DNA of 27,736 nucleotides, from contig CBFGJN010000021.1 in assembly GCA_965649115.1 (NCBI GenBank), positions 1-27,736 of the forward strand. The letters are read 5' to 3'. Made by a program: the position numbers and the translations under genes. Below, piece by piece: positions 1-9,005 of this stretch. The DNA is from a candidate division WOR-3 bacterium (GTDB taxonomy: Bacteria > Hydrothermota > Hydrothermia > LBFQ01 > DSFT01). Position 1 is the first letter of the stretch; every line of letters starts with the position of its first letter. The notes beneath the pieces were generated by a model. That model saw nothing but the letters and a program-made list of their open reading frames with translations, did no database searches and was not told the origin of the DNA.

Positions 1-220
1 GCCTTCGGCTTATAAATACCCGTTTAAATCTATAATTTCCTCAAAGCTTTTATAAGTTATTGATAATCAAGGATTTAACAATAATTATTGGACAAAGCAC
101 TCGTTATATGCTGTGTCCAATAATTCGGAAATTATTTATTTTTCTTTATTTTTCCCACCCACCCTATACATAAGCCTACGGCTTAAACTTCGCCCTCCTT
201 AAATACCCCCATAAAACTAA
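1..220 (-). repeat. Two tandem partial copies of the element (1-99 and 109-~220)
   Basis: TTATTGGACAAAGCA ends at 99, 9-bp spacer, TGCTGTGTCCAATAATT starts at 109; hairpins at 1-11 and 172-184. Confidence 0.7.
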
Positions 221-253
221 TAGTTTCATTAAAACTTATAAAATTTTTATAAA

Positions 254-823
254 TTATTGAATAAGTTCTTTTCTAACTTTTTCAATAATTGGCTTAATTT
301 TAACTTTTAAAGGCTCTGGAAAGTTTTCAAATGCTTTTTCAATCTCTTCAACTGCTTTTTGTTTAATTTGTAATGCGGTTTTTCTTGCTATTTCAATTAT
401 TTCAGCAGGTGTTTGATTATCCTTCTTTTCCTCCAATTGTTTTTTTAGTTCAGAAATAATAGCATCCTTTTCAGCATTTTCTAACTTCAAAGCCTCTATC
501 AAATCTTCTTGTTCTGAAATTTTGTTTCTTAATTCTTGATTTTCTCTTCTTAGAGCTTCAACTTCACCTTCAAGTATAAGATTTTTATCTTTTAGTTTTT
601 CATAATCTGCTTTCATTTCATCAGCTTCAAGTGCTTTAACCCTCATCTGCGTTAACATATTTTCAAGATCTTTATTTTCTTTAAGAACCTCATTATAGTC
701 ATGTGCTACCTTTTCAAGAAAAGCTTCAACATCTGATTTTTTTAAACCACCTATTAGGACAGTTTTAAACTTTGCGTTCTTTATATCAACAGGGGTAAGT
801 CGGACCTTTTTCTTTTCAGGCAT
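254..823 (-). CDS. divIVA: DivIVA-domain coiled-coil cell division protein
   Basis: N-terminal LTPVDIKNAKF...G..KSDVEAFLEKVAHDY DivIVA motif followed by a long coiled coil. Confidence 0.8.
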   Translation of the reverse strand: MPEKKKVRLTPVDIKNAKFKTVLIGGLKKSDVEAFLEKVAHDYNEVLKENKDLENMLTQMRVKALEADEMKADYEKLKDKNLILEGEVEALRRENQELRNKISEQEDLIEALKLENAEKDAIISELKKQLEEKKDNQTPAEIIEIARKTALQIKQKAVEEIEKAFENFPEPLKVKIKPIIEKVRKELIQ

Positions 824-849
824 AATTGAAAATTTTAAAGCATAATTTA

Positions 850-1040
850 TCTATTTTACCCACCCGCCCTAAAATTAAGCCTACGGCTTATAAATCCCCT
901 ATTTTTCGGTAGGGGGGCAAAACCCCCTATTAAGAAACCCCCAACAAAATTAAATAATCAAGGTGTTTTGTCTAATAATTCCAAATACTCAAGCCTTCGG
1001 CTTATAAATCGTTGCCCCCTTATTAAACCACCATAAAATA
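850..1040 (-). repeat. Two partial copies of the element
   Basis: Hairpins at 877-889 and 991-1003, GC hairpin ~911-928, TIR-like TGTTTTGTCTAATAATT at 964. Confidence 0.65.
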
Positions 1041-1058
1041 GGGTCTTTTTAAAACTAT

Positions 1059-1808
1059 TTATTTATTTTCATTTTGCTTTATTTTAAACAATTCTAATGG
1101 AATTGGAAAAGCTATTGTCGTAGTTTTTTCAGATGATATTTCTATTAGTGTTTGTAAATATCTTAATTGTATTGTTATGGGGTTTTGAGCTAATATGTCA
1201 GCTGCTTCTCTTAGTTTTTGTGCTGCTTGATATTCACCTTCTGCCGATATTATCTTAGCTCTTCTTTCTCTTTCGGCTTCTGCTTGCCTTGCCATAGCTC
1301 TTCTCATTTCCTCAGGTAAATCAACGTGCTTAATTTCTACTGCAACAACCTTAACACCCCAATTTTCAGTTTGTTTATCGATAATCCCTTGCAATTTTAA
1401 ATTCAACTTTTCTCTATTTGCTAAAATTTCATCTAATTCAACTTCACCTAAAACACTTCTTAATGTCGTTTGAGCGATTTGGCTTGTTGCATAAAAATAA
1501 TCTTCAATTTCCAAAATAGCTTTATCAGGATGAACAACTTTAAAATAAACAACTGCATTTACTTTTATTGAAACATTATCTTTTGTTATTACATCTTGTG
1601 AAGGAACATCAAGAGCAACAAGTCTTAAAGAAACCTTTTGCATTGTATCTATAAATGGAAGAAGAATAACAAGACCAGGACCCTTAACACCTACAAATCT
1701 ACCAAGTCTAAAAACAACTCCTCTTTCATATTCATTTAAAATTCTAACCATATAGGTTAGAAGTGAAATAAGGAGAAATATGAGAAGAGCAAGGGTAAAT
1801 AATGTCAT
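1059..1808 (-). CDS. SPFH/stomatin (slipin, band 7) family membrane protein
   Basis: N-terminal TM helix; [29 protein letters not shown] and [16 protein letters not shown] stomatin motifs. Confidence 0.93.
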   Translation of the reverse strand: MTLFTLALLIFLLISLLTYMVRILNEYERGVVFRLGRFVGVKGPGLVILLPFIDTMQKVSLRLVALDVPSQDVITKDNVSIKVNAVVYFKVVHPDKAILEIEDYFYATSQIAQTTLRSVLGEVELDEILANREKLNLKLQGIIDKQTENWGVKVVAVEIKHVDLPEEMRRAMARQAEAERERRAKIISAEGEYQAAQKLREAADILAQNPITIQLRYLQTLIEISSEKTTTIAFPIPLELFKIKQNENK

Positions 1809-1869
1809 AGCTAAAATTTTAAAGGATGATAAAAAGTACTTAATAATGCCTCCCTTTAATCGTTCTATT

Positions 1870-2081
1870 AAATGATAATCAATGAATTATGAAAATCTAC
1901 TTGAAACTATTGATTTTAGGGGGACAACCCCCCCAAAACATAAGAGTGGGTTTTTTAAAGCCGAAGGCTTAATTTTTAGAAACATCAATGATGCTAAGTG
2001 AAATGCTTGAAATAATTAGGAAACTTATGGGGGCGAAACCCCTCAATAATGATTACACTTTTAGAATTATTGAACACACCA
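1870..2081 (+). repeat. Degenerate copies of the element
   Basis: AAGCCGAAGGCTT 1958-1970, GC hairpins near 1918 and 2029, right-end AGAATTATTGAACACACCA. Confidence 0.6.
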
Positions 2082-2109
2082 AAATGATAATGCTTTAAAA
2101 TTTTAAATC

Positions 2110-3090
2110 TTGAACTTTGAACTATTGAAAAAATTATCAGAAGGATTTGGTCCATCAGGTTTTGAAGATGAAATAAAAGATATTATTAAAAATGAGCTTA
2201 AAAACTTTGATTACTTTGAAGATAATTATGGAAATTTAATTTTCTATAAAAAAGGTAAGTATCAAGATAAGAAATTTCTTATAGAAGCTCATATTGATGA
2301 AATAGGATTTATGGTTTATTCAAAATTTGAAAATTATCTTAAATTAGCCCCTATTGGTTCAATTGACCCTAAAACATTAATTGGTCATCTTGTTAAAATA
2401 AAAACTAAATATGGTTTTATTTATGGTGTTTTTTCAAGTGTTCCTCCTCATCTTGGAAGTATAAATTTTGATATTAATAGTGTTGAAAAGTTATTTTTAG
2501 ATGTTGGGGATAATTATAATAAAGTTGAAATTGGAGATGTTGGTGTTATTGATTATGGATTTAGAGAAATCTCAGAAAATTTAATAATGGGAAAAGCTTT
2601 TGATAATAGAATAGGAACATTCTTAGCAATTGAACTAGCTAAAAATGTAAAAAATTATTATGATATTTATTTTGCTTTTTGTGTAGAAGAGGAAGTCGGT
2701 TCGCGTGGTGCAAATGCCTTAATTGATAATGTGAATTTTGATTTTGCTATAATTCTTGAAACAACAAGTGCAGAAAGTCCTTATTTGTCTAATAATGAAC
2801 AATCAACATTTCTTTCAAAAGGACCTGCTATTACTATTGCTGATAAAGGAACAATTATAAGACCAAAAATTTTGAAAGAATTTGTAAATCTCTTTGAAAA
2901 ATACAATATTCCATATCAATTTAAAAGACCATTTATTGGTTCAACTGATGCTCGCTATATAAATTTAAAGGTTCCTTCTATTATTATTTCTGTTCCTTGT
3001 AGATATATACATACACCTCTCCAAATAGCTAACAAAAACGATATTAAATTAACTTATGAATTTTTATTAAATTTTCTTGAAAATGCTTGA
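2110..3090 (+). CDS. M42 family metallo-aminopeptidase (TET/FrvX-like)
   Basis: GPSGFE, AHIDEIG, GKAFDNRIG, EEEVG, GSTDA and RYIHTP motifs; TTG start 8 nt after TAAAAT. Confidence 0.9.
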   Translation: MNFELLKKLSEGFGPSGFEDEIKDIIKNELKNFDYFEDNYGNLIFYKKGKYQDKKFLIEAHIDEIGFMVYSKFENYLKLAPIGSIDPKTLIGHLVKIKTKYGFIYGVFSSVPPHLGSINFDINSVEKLFLDVGDNYNKVEIGDVGVIDYGFREISENLIMGKAFDNRIGTFLAIELAKNVKNYYDIYFAFCVEEEVGSRGANALIDNVNFDFAIILETTSAESPYLSNNEQSTFLSKGPAITIADKGTIIRPKILKEFVNLFEKYNIPYQFKRPFIGSTDARYINLKVPSIIISVPCRYIHTPLQIANKNDIKLTYEFLLNFLENA

Positions 3091-3760
3091 TGTTTTAATT
3101 ATTTCTCCTCATCCTGACGATGCAGAAATGGGAATGGGTGGAAGTATATTTGCTTTTAAAGACAAAGGATTAAAAGTAGGTGTTTTAAATTTAACGAATG
3201 GTGAGCCAACACCATTTGGAAGTGTTGAAAAAAGAATTAAAGAAGCAGAAAATTCATCAAAATTCTTAAATTTAGATTATATGGAAATTTTAGACTTTCC
3301 TAATAGATATTTAATGGATAGTATAGAAGTTAGAATTGAAGTTGCTAAAAGAATTAGAGTTTTAAAACCCAAAATTTTATTTATCCCGTATTTTATTGAT
3401 GCTCATCCAGATCATATTTCAGCAAGTCATATAGGTAATGCAAGCAGATTTTATGCTAAGCTTACAAAAGTTGATTGGGAAGGAGAACCTCATTATCCAA
3501 AAAGAATTATCTATTATTTTTCAAACCATTTGAGATTTCAATATCCAATTAGTTTTACAATTGATATTACAAATTACATTGATAAAAAGCTCAAATTGCC
3601 AGAAATTTATGAAAGTCAATTTTCTCATAGGATTGATGAGGTTAAAGAATGGTTAAAACTAAGAGCAAGATATTTCGGAAGCCTAAGTGGTGTTGAATAT
3701 GCTGAACCATTTTTTAGTTATGAAATAATATCTTTAAAGGAATTTAATTCTTTATTATGA
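3083..3760 (+). CDS. bshB1: PIG-L/LmbE family deacetylase, bacillithiol BshB1-like
   Basis: SPHPDDAE, HPDH, YESQF and YAEPF motifs; ATG at 3083 overlapping the upstream gene end preferred over TTG at 3077. Confidence 0.75.
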   Translation: MLDVLIISPHPDDAEMGMGGSIFAFKDKGLKVGVLNLTNGEPTPFGSVEKRIKEAENSSKFLNLDYMEILDFPNRYLMDSIEVRIEVAKRIRVLKPKILFIPYFIDAHPDHISASHIGNASRFYAKLTKVDWEGEPHYPKRIIYYFSNHLRFQYPISFTIDITNYIDKKLKLPEIYESQFSHRIDEVKEWLKLRARYFGSLSGVEYAEPFFSYEIISLKEFNSLL

Positions 3761-4680
3761 AAATTTGTGTTCTTTGTGGTGGTTGGTCATCAGAAAGGGA
3801 AGTTTCTTTAAGAAGTGGTAATGGGGTATATAATGCTTTATTAAATCTTGGATATGAAGCGCAATTAGTTGATATGAACAGAAATTTTGAAAAGCAAATA
3901 GAACCTTTTGATGTAATTTATATAATGCTTCATGGAAGACCAGGAGAAGATGGAACAATTCAAAGTTATTTAGAATTAAAGAATAAAAAATATACGGGAA
4001 GTGGTCCCTTTGCATCATTTTTAGGAATAGATAAAGTAATTTTCAAGCATTTTTTAACTCAAAATAATATATTAACACCAAAATTTTTAAGCTTTTCAAG
4101 AGATGATAACTTAAAAGAATTGTTTGAAATTATCTTAAAAAGTTTTAATTTTCCTATTGTTATAAAGCCAAGATATGAAGGTTCAAGTGTTGATGTCCAT
4201 ATTCTGAAAGATGATAAGAACTTAGAGGAAATTTTGAATTTAATTATTAAAAAATATAATTTTGGAATTGTTGAAGAATTTATAAGTGGAAGAGAAATTA
4301 CAATTGGTATTCTTGGAACAGGAAAAAACGCATTCGCTCTTCCAATCATTGAAATAAAGCCAATAATAAGTGAATTTTATGATTATAAAGCAAAATATAC
4401 AAAAGGAGGTAGCGAATATATCGTTCCTGCCAAAATTGATGAAAACTTAACAAAAAAAATTCAAGAAATTTCATTAAAAATTCATAGATTATTAAATTGT
4501 AGAGCTTTTTCAAGAATTGATGCAATTCTAAAAGGTGAAGAAATTTATATTTTAGAAATAAATACTATTCCAGGAATGACTGAAACATCTCTTCTTCCAA
4601 AGTCTGCTAGTGCCATAGGCATGACTTACGAAAATCTTGTAGAATTTATATTAAAAGATAGTCTAACTCACTTTACTTAA
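3757..4680 (+). CDS. ddl: D-alanine--D-alanine ligase
   Basis: GGWSSEREVSL, LHGRPGEDG, EGSSV, YDYKAKY and EINTIPGMT motifs. Confidence 0.95.
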   Translation: MKICVLCGGWSSEREVSLRSGNGVYNALLNLGYEAQLVDMNRNFEKQIEPFDVIYIMLHGRPGEDGTIQSYLELKNKKYTGSGPFASFLGIDKVIFKHFLTQNNILTPKFLSFSRDDNLKELFEIILKSFNFPIVIKPRYEGSSVDVHILKDDKNLEEILNLIIKKYNFGIVEEFISGREITIGILGTGKNAFALPIIEIKPIISEFYDYKAKYTKGGSEYIVPAKIDENLTKKIQEISLKIHRLLNCRAFSRIDAILKGEEIYILEINTIPGMTETSLLPKSASAIGMTYENLVEFILKDSLTHFT

Positions 4681-5670
4681 TTTTTCACTTATTTTTTGAA
4701 CTAATTTTTGATTGAACATCTTCTTTGAAACATTTATAGCATTAAAAATTGCTCTATGCGATGACCTTCCATGACAAATTATTACATTACCATTTACTCC
4801 CAATAGAGGTGCTCCTCCGTACTCTTCAAAATCAGCATGTTTTCTAATGTTTTCAAATGCACCTTTCATTAAGAAAGCACCAAAATAATAAATTGGATTC
4901 TTTTTTACTTCCATTTTTAGCATTTTAATCAAAGAAAAAAACACACTCTCACCAAATTTTAATAAGGTATTTCCTACAAATCCATCCATTACAATAACAT
5001 CTGCCTTATCAGATAAAATTTCATGTCCTTCTATAAATCCAACAAAATTCAAATCACTACTTTCAAACAATTTCCTCGCTTCTATAACTACTTGATTTCC
5101 TTTAACTTCTTCCTCTCCTATGGAAAGAATTCCTACTTTTGGATTTTCTATGTCAAATAGTATTGAATAAAAAACACTTCCAAGAATGCCAAATTGAAAT
5201 AGAATTTGTGGATTTATATCAACATTCGCTCCAACATCTAAAACTAAATTACTTCCTTCAATTTTTGGAAATAATGCTCCAATTGCGGGTCTTTTAACAT
5301 TTTGTATTCTTCCAACAGTGAAAATTGAAAATGCCATAACTGCTCCTGTATTTCCCGCTGAAACAAAAGCATCTACTAAATTTTCTTTGTGAAGATTTAA
5401 TCCAACTGAAATTGTTGAATTTTTCTTATATTTAAGAGCATCAGAAGGTTTTTCATTTGTTTTTATAACATCATCAGCATGAAAAATTTCCAAATTCTCA
5501 ATTTTCCTTTTATTATAAATTTTATAAATTTTTTCTTCTAATAAGCTTTTAGGACCAACTAAATAAATTATTGTATCATCAAATTTTTTAAGATATTCAA
5601 TTGAACCAATAATCTCAACATCAGGTGCATTATCACTCCCCATTGCATCAATAGCAACTCTAAATTTCAT
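4663..5670 (-). CDS. plsX: Phosphate acyltransferase PlsX
   Basis: AIDAMGSD, SAGNTGA, LDVGAN, DGFVGN, GGAPLLG and HGRS motifs; follows rpmF. Confidence 0.96.
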   Translation of the reverse strand: MKFRVAIDAMGSDNAPDVEIIGSIEYLKKFDDTIIYLVGPKSLLEEKIYKIYNKRKIENLEIFHADDVIKTNEKPSDALKYKKNSTISVGLNLHKENLVDAFVSAGNTGAVMAFSIFTVGRIQNVKRPAIGALFPKIEGSNLVLDVGANVDINPQILFQFGILGSVFYSILFDIENPKVGILSIGEEEVKGNQVVIEARKLFESSDLNFVGFIEGHEILSDKADVIVMDGFVGNTLLKFGESVFFSLIKMLKMEVKKNPIYYFGAFLMKGAFENIRKHADFEEYGGAPLLGVNGNVIICHGRSSHRAIFNAINVSKKMFNQKLVQKISEKLSKVS

Positions 5671-5876
5671 TTATTTAATTCTTCATTTAATTCTTTTTCC
5701 TCCTTTGTTATTATTATTTTCTTACCTTTATAATATCCACAACTAGGACAAACTGCATGTGTTAAAATTGGCTCTTGGCATCTCGGACAAAACGCCCATT
5801 CAGCGACCCAAGCTTTCCAATGAGCTCTTCTTGCTCTCCTTCCACTTCTTGCGGTTTTCCTTTTAGGAACAGGCAT
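5667..5876 (-). CDS. rpmF: 50S ribosomal protein L32 (Zn-ribbon type)
   Basis: MPVPKRK..RRARRAH and CPRC...H.VCPSCGYY; AGGAGG Shine-Dalgarno upstream; rpmF-plsX synteny. Confidence 0.95.
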   Translation of the reverse strand: MPVPKRKTARSGRRARRAHWKAWVAEWAFCPRCQEPILTHAVCPSCGYYKGKKIIITKEEKELNEELNK

Positions 5877-5879
5877 TTT

Positions 5880-6527
5880 TTATTCCTCCTTTGCTTTCAA
5901 AATATAATTTAAGAAAAATTCTTCGGGAATAGCTCCTTCAAATGAAACCTTATCATTTATTACAATTTTTGGAACCGCTTGAACAAAATAATTATCAGCA
6001 AGCTCAGGAAATTCAATTGCTTCTATCATATCTGCTGTTATATTTTGATTCTCAAAAGCAAACTTATGGGCAGTTCTAACAGCCCTTGGACAATAAGGAC
6101 AAGTTGGTGTCACAAAAACCATTATGTGAATTTTTTCATTTATTTCTGAAAGTTTTTGTTTTATTTTTTCAGATAAACCACTATCGCCACTTGAAACCAT
6201 AATAATATCTTCAATTAAGGAAGAAAATTCATAACCTGATGGGATTCCAAAATATCTTATCCCTTTTATATTCTCATCTTTATCAGTTATAATAATCGCT
6301 GGGGTTTTATCAATATCAAACTCTTTTGCCTTATCAGTATCTATAACTAAATTGTACTTCTCAACCTTTATTTTTTCAGAAAGTTCAGAGACTTCATCAA
6401 TTATTCTTTCAGTATCAAGGCAATATTCACAATTCAAGTTCTGACTAAAAAACAAAATTTTTATATCATTTTTTAGCTTTTCATCAAAAAGTTTCTTTAT
6501 AAGTTTCTTATCTTCTTCCCTTATCAT
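5880..6527 (-). CDS. Glutaredoxin-like protein disulfide oxidoreductase (PDO, two thioredoxin folds)
   Basis: CEYC and CPYC motifs, GIPSGYEFSSLI, VPKIVIN; ATG at 6527 lies 9 nt after AAGGAGG. Confidence 0.88.
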   Translation of the reverse strand: MIREEDKKLIKKLFDEKLKNDIKILFFSQNLNCEYCLDTERIIDEVSELSEKIKVEKYNLVIDTDKAKEFDIDKTPAIIITDKDENIKGIRYFGIPSGYEFSSLIEDIIMVSSGDSGLSEKIKQKLSEINEKIHIMVFVTPTCPYCPRAVRTAHKFAFENQNITADMIEAIEFPELADNYFVQAVPKIVINDKVSFEGAIPEEFFLNYILKAKEE

Positions 6528-6532
6528 AATTT

Positions 6533-7129
6533 TCAACCTCCTTTATTCTCAAAAAAGTAAAACTTAGGTTCTGTCCCTTTTATCATTCTTTCAATGTTTG
6601 ATTTATGCCTTAAAACTATTAAAAATGCTATAATCCCACAACAAACTTTTATTAATAAACTTTTTTCTAAAAATAAAACAATAATAAAAACACTTATTGC
6701 AGAAACAATTGAAGCAAGAGCCATAATTTTAAAGACCATTAAAACGAAAAACCATATTCCAAAACCTATAATTGTTTCAATTGGTATTAGTGCAATACTA
6801 ACACCAAGACCTGTCGCCACACCCTTCCCACCTCTAAATTTCATAAAAATACTATAACTATGTCCTATTACTGAAAATAAACCTGCTAAAATTCCATATT
6901 CAAGACCAAATAATGATTTAAATAAAATTGTTGGAATAAAACCTTTAATAGCATCAAGAAATAAAACAATAAAAAAATATGGTTTTCCTAAAAATCTACC
7001 AACATTTGTTGCACCTATATTTCCACTTCCAAGTTTTGTAATATCAATACCCTTCAATTTAGCAATAATGTAGCCAAACGGCATTGAACCTAAAATGTAT
7101 GAGAAAATTATTACAATAAGAATTTTCAT
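6533..7129 (-). CDS. plsY: Glycerol-3-phosphate acyltransferase PlsY
   Basis: YILGSMPFG, GSGNIGATNVGR, GH....F.GGKGVATG and HKSNI motifs; start moved to ATG 7129 because the ORF extension runs into a repeat element. Confidence 0.95.
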   Translation of the reverse strand: MKILIVIIFSYILGSMPFGYIIAKLKGIDITKLGSGNIGATNVGRFLGKPYFFIVLFLDAIKGFIPTILFKSLFGLEYGILAGLFSVIGHSYSIFMKFRGGKGVATGLGVSIALIPIETIIGFGIWFFVLMVFKIMALASIVSAISVFIIVLFLEKSLLIKVCCGIIAFLIVLRHKSNIERMIKGTEPKFYFFENKGG

Positions 7130-7204
7130 AATAATTGAAAATTTTAAAGGTAGTAAAGCAAAACAAATTTTGCTGTATCTAAATAACTTATTAAAACTTA
7201 ATAG

Positions 7205-7362
7205 TGCTTTGTCCAATAAATAGCCACTAAAATTTTAAGAAAATCTTCAATTTTATTGGGGGTTTATTAAGGGGACGAAGTTTTTAAATCCGAAGGCTTA
7301 TTATCAGGGTGAGTGGAAAAAATATAAAAATGATTATATTTTCCAAATTATTAGAAAAAACA
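7205..7362 (+). mobile_element. Short-subfamily copy of the element
   Basis: Left TIR TGCTTTGTCCAATAAATA, AATCCGAAGGCTT, AGGGTGAGTGGAAAA and degenerate right TIR. Confidence 0.65.
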
Positions 7363-7397
7363 ACAAAAGATTGTTTAATGCCTTAAAATTTTTAAAA

Positions 7398-8282
7398 TTG
7401 ATGTCCAATTTTTCACTATTTGATAGTAATGAAATTTTTAAAATTTTCTTTGATTATATAAAAAATAAATATGAATTTAAGGATTTGGGAAATCGTTTTA
7501 TTATTAGAAAGGTTGGAAGAATAAAACGACTTCATTATGCTATTGATGATTTAGTAGATTGGTGGGATTTGGATATTAAAAAAGATGAATTAGAATATAT
7601 GTTAAAAAATGAAATTTATACAAAAGCGGTTTTTAAGAATATATTGGAGTTCTCTAATATAAAGCAAGTTCTTGATAATTTATCAATTAAACCAAAGAAG
7701 GTTAGTTTTTCAAAGGTTTATTATATTAGTTTTGAAGATATTAAAGATGAGCAAGATTTATATAAATCTTTGAGCTACAACCAAAGAAGGAACATAAAAA
7801 AATACTTAAATAGATTAAGGAAAATAGATTTTGTTTTTGAGGGAATAAAAGATTACAAATTGGTTTTAAATGAAGCTATTAATTTAATAACTATCAGACA
7901 TAAGGAAACTTATTGGAATGATCCATTATACATTCAAACTATGGAAAAATCTCTAAATTTTTTTAATAGTAAAGGAATGTTAGAAACATTTGTCATGAAA
8001 AGCAAAGGCGACATTATGAGTATCAATATAACACTTGTGTTTGAGAAAAGAGCCTTTTGGTGGATAACCGCTTTTAATGATAAATACAATTATTTTTCAC
8101 CATCAAGAATCAGTGTTTGGTATATGTTAAATTATTATTTAAATAAAGGATTCAAAGAATTCAACTTCATGAAAGGAGAAGCAGAGTATAAAACACTTTG
8201 GACAAAGAAATACTACAAATTGTATAGATATGAGTTTGAAAATCCAAATTTAATAAAAAAAGTTTTTTCGTTTTTTATTTAA
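7398..8282 (+). CDS. GNAT family acetyltransferase (CelD/BcsL, Acetyltransf_6-like)
   Basis: RRNIKKYLNRL, FSPS and FNFMKGEAEYK..W C-terminal motif; start TTG 7398 or ATG 7401 after TAAAAT at 7384. Confidence 0.7.
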   Translation: MMSNFSLFDSNEIFKIFFDYIKNKYEFKDLGNRFIIRKVGRIKRLHYAIDDLVDWWDLDIKKDELEYMLKNEIYTKAVFKNILEFSNIKQVLDNLSIKPKKVSFSKVYYISFEDIKDEQDLYKSLSYNQRRNIKKYLNRLRKIDFVFEGIKDYKLVLNEAINLITIRHKETYWNDPLYIQTMEKSLNFFNSKGMLETFVMKSKGDIMSINITLVFEKRAFWWITAFNDKYNYFSPSRISVWYMLNYYLNKGFKEFNFMKGEAEYKTLWTKKYYKLYRYEFENPNLIKKVFSFFI

Positions 8283-8406
8283 ATATTTTTCTTTTTGTAA
8301 TTTTAGTTAGTAAGCATTTAATTAGGAAGAAATTTAATGAAAACAAAAACACCTGTTTATTGCGGGACAAAGTAAATAAAATTATTTAAAACTATTGGTT
8401 TAATAG

Positions 8407-8768
8407 TGCTTTGTCTAGCAAGTAGTGTTAAGTATAAGAATGGGAATTTTAAAGCCGTAGGCTTATTTAGTAGGGTGGGTGGGAAAATATAGAAAAATAT
8501 GTATTTTTAGAGTTGCTTTTAAAATGTAACTGGATAGGAAGAAAGTTCTCCGCCAAAGACTAAAATAAAAAATAATTAATAGATAGCGAACTTCCTGCCG
8601 AAAAAAATTTTTCTTGCTTTAATACTGAGATTTTATCGTAGTTCTTATGGGGGATTATAGGGGACAAAGTCCCCCATAGTAAAAGTTAGGGTTTTTAAAA
8701 TTGGGAAATTAAGAGGGCGAAGTTTTATAAGCCGAAGCCTTAAATATAGGGTGTGTGGGAAAAATAAT
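8407..8768 (+). repeat. Cluster of partial copies of the element
   Basis: Left TIR at 8407, hairpins at 8452-8464, 8660-8674 and 8729-8741, AGGGTG(G/T)GTGGGAAAA twice. Confidence 0.65.
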
Positions 8769-8971
8769 TGCTTTGTCCAATAAATATATCAGATTATTGA
8801 TTATCAATAACTTACTAAAATTTTTCAAAACCAGTTTATTTTATTGGGGGTCTTTAAAGGGGGCAAAGCCCCCCTTGCCGAAATATGGGCATTTTAAAGG
8901 CGAAGCCTTGAATACAGGGTGGGTGGGGAAAACAAGAAAAATAAATAGTTTTAGAATTATTAGACAAAGTA
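8769..8971 (+). mobile_element. Full-length ~203-bp MITE/REP-like element
   Basis: TGCTTTGTCCAATAA ... TTATTAGACAAAGTA; colinear with 27442-27646 along its whole length. Confidence 0.75.
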
Positions 8972-9005
8972 GAAAATAAGAATTTTTTGCTTTAAAATTT
9001 TAATT

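Noticed and set aside
1..1040. Possible CRISPR array from the recurring AAGCC...GGCTT palindromes
   Set aside because: Spacing is irregular, the intervening sequence is itself conserved rather than unique spacers, and there are no cas genes.
7130..7216. 29-aa N-terminal extension of PlsY
   Set aside because: Starts in the element TIR and crosses the promoter motif; homology begins at ATG 7129.
8755..8979. 74-aa ORF
   Set aside because: Lies almost wholly within a repeat copy and starts at a GTG inside the repeat motif; no evidence of coding.
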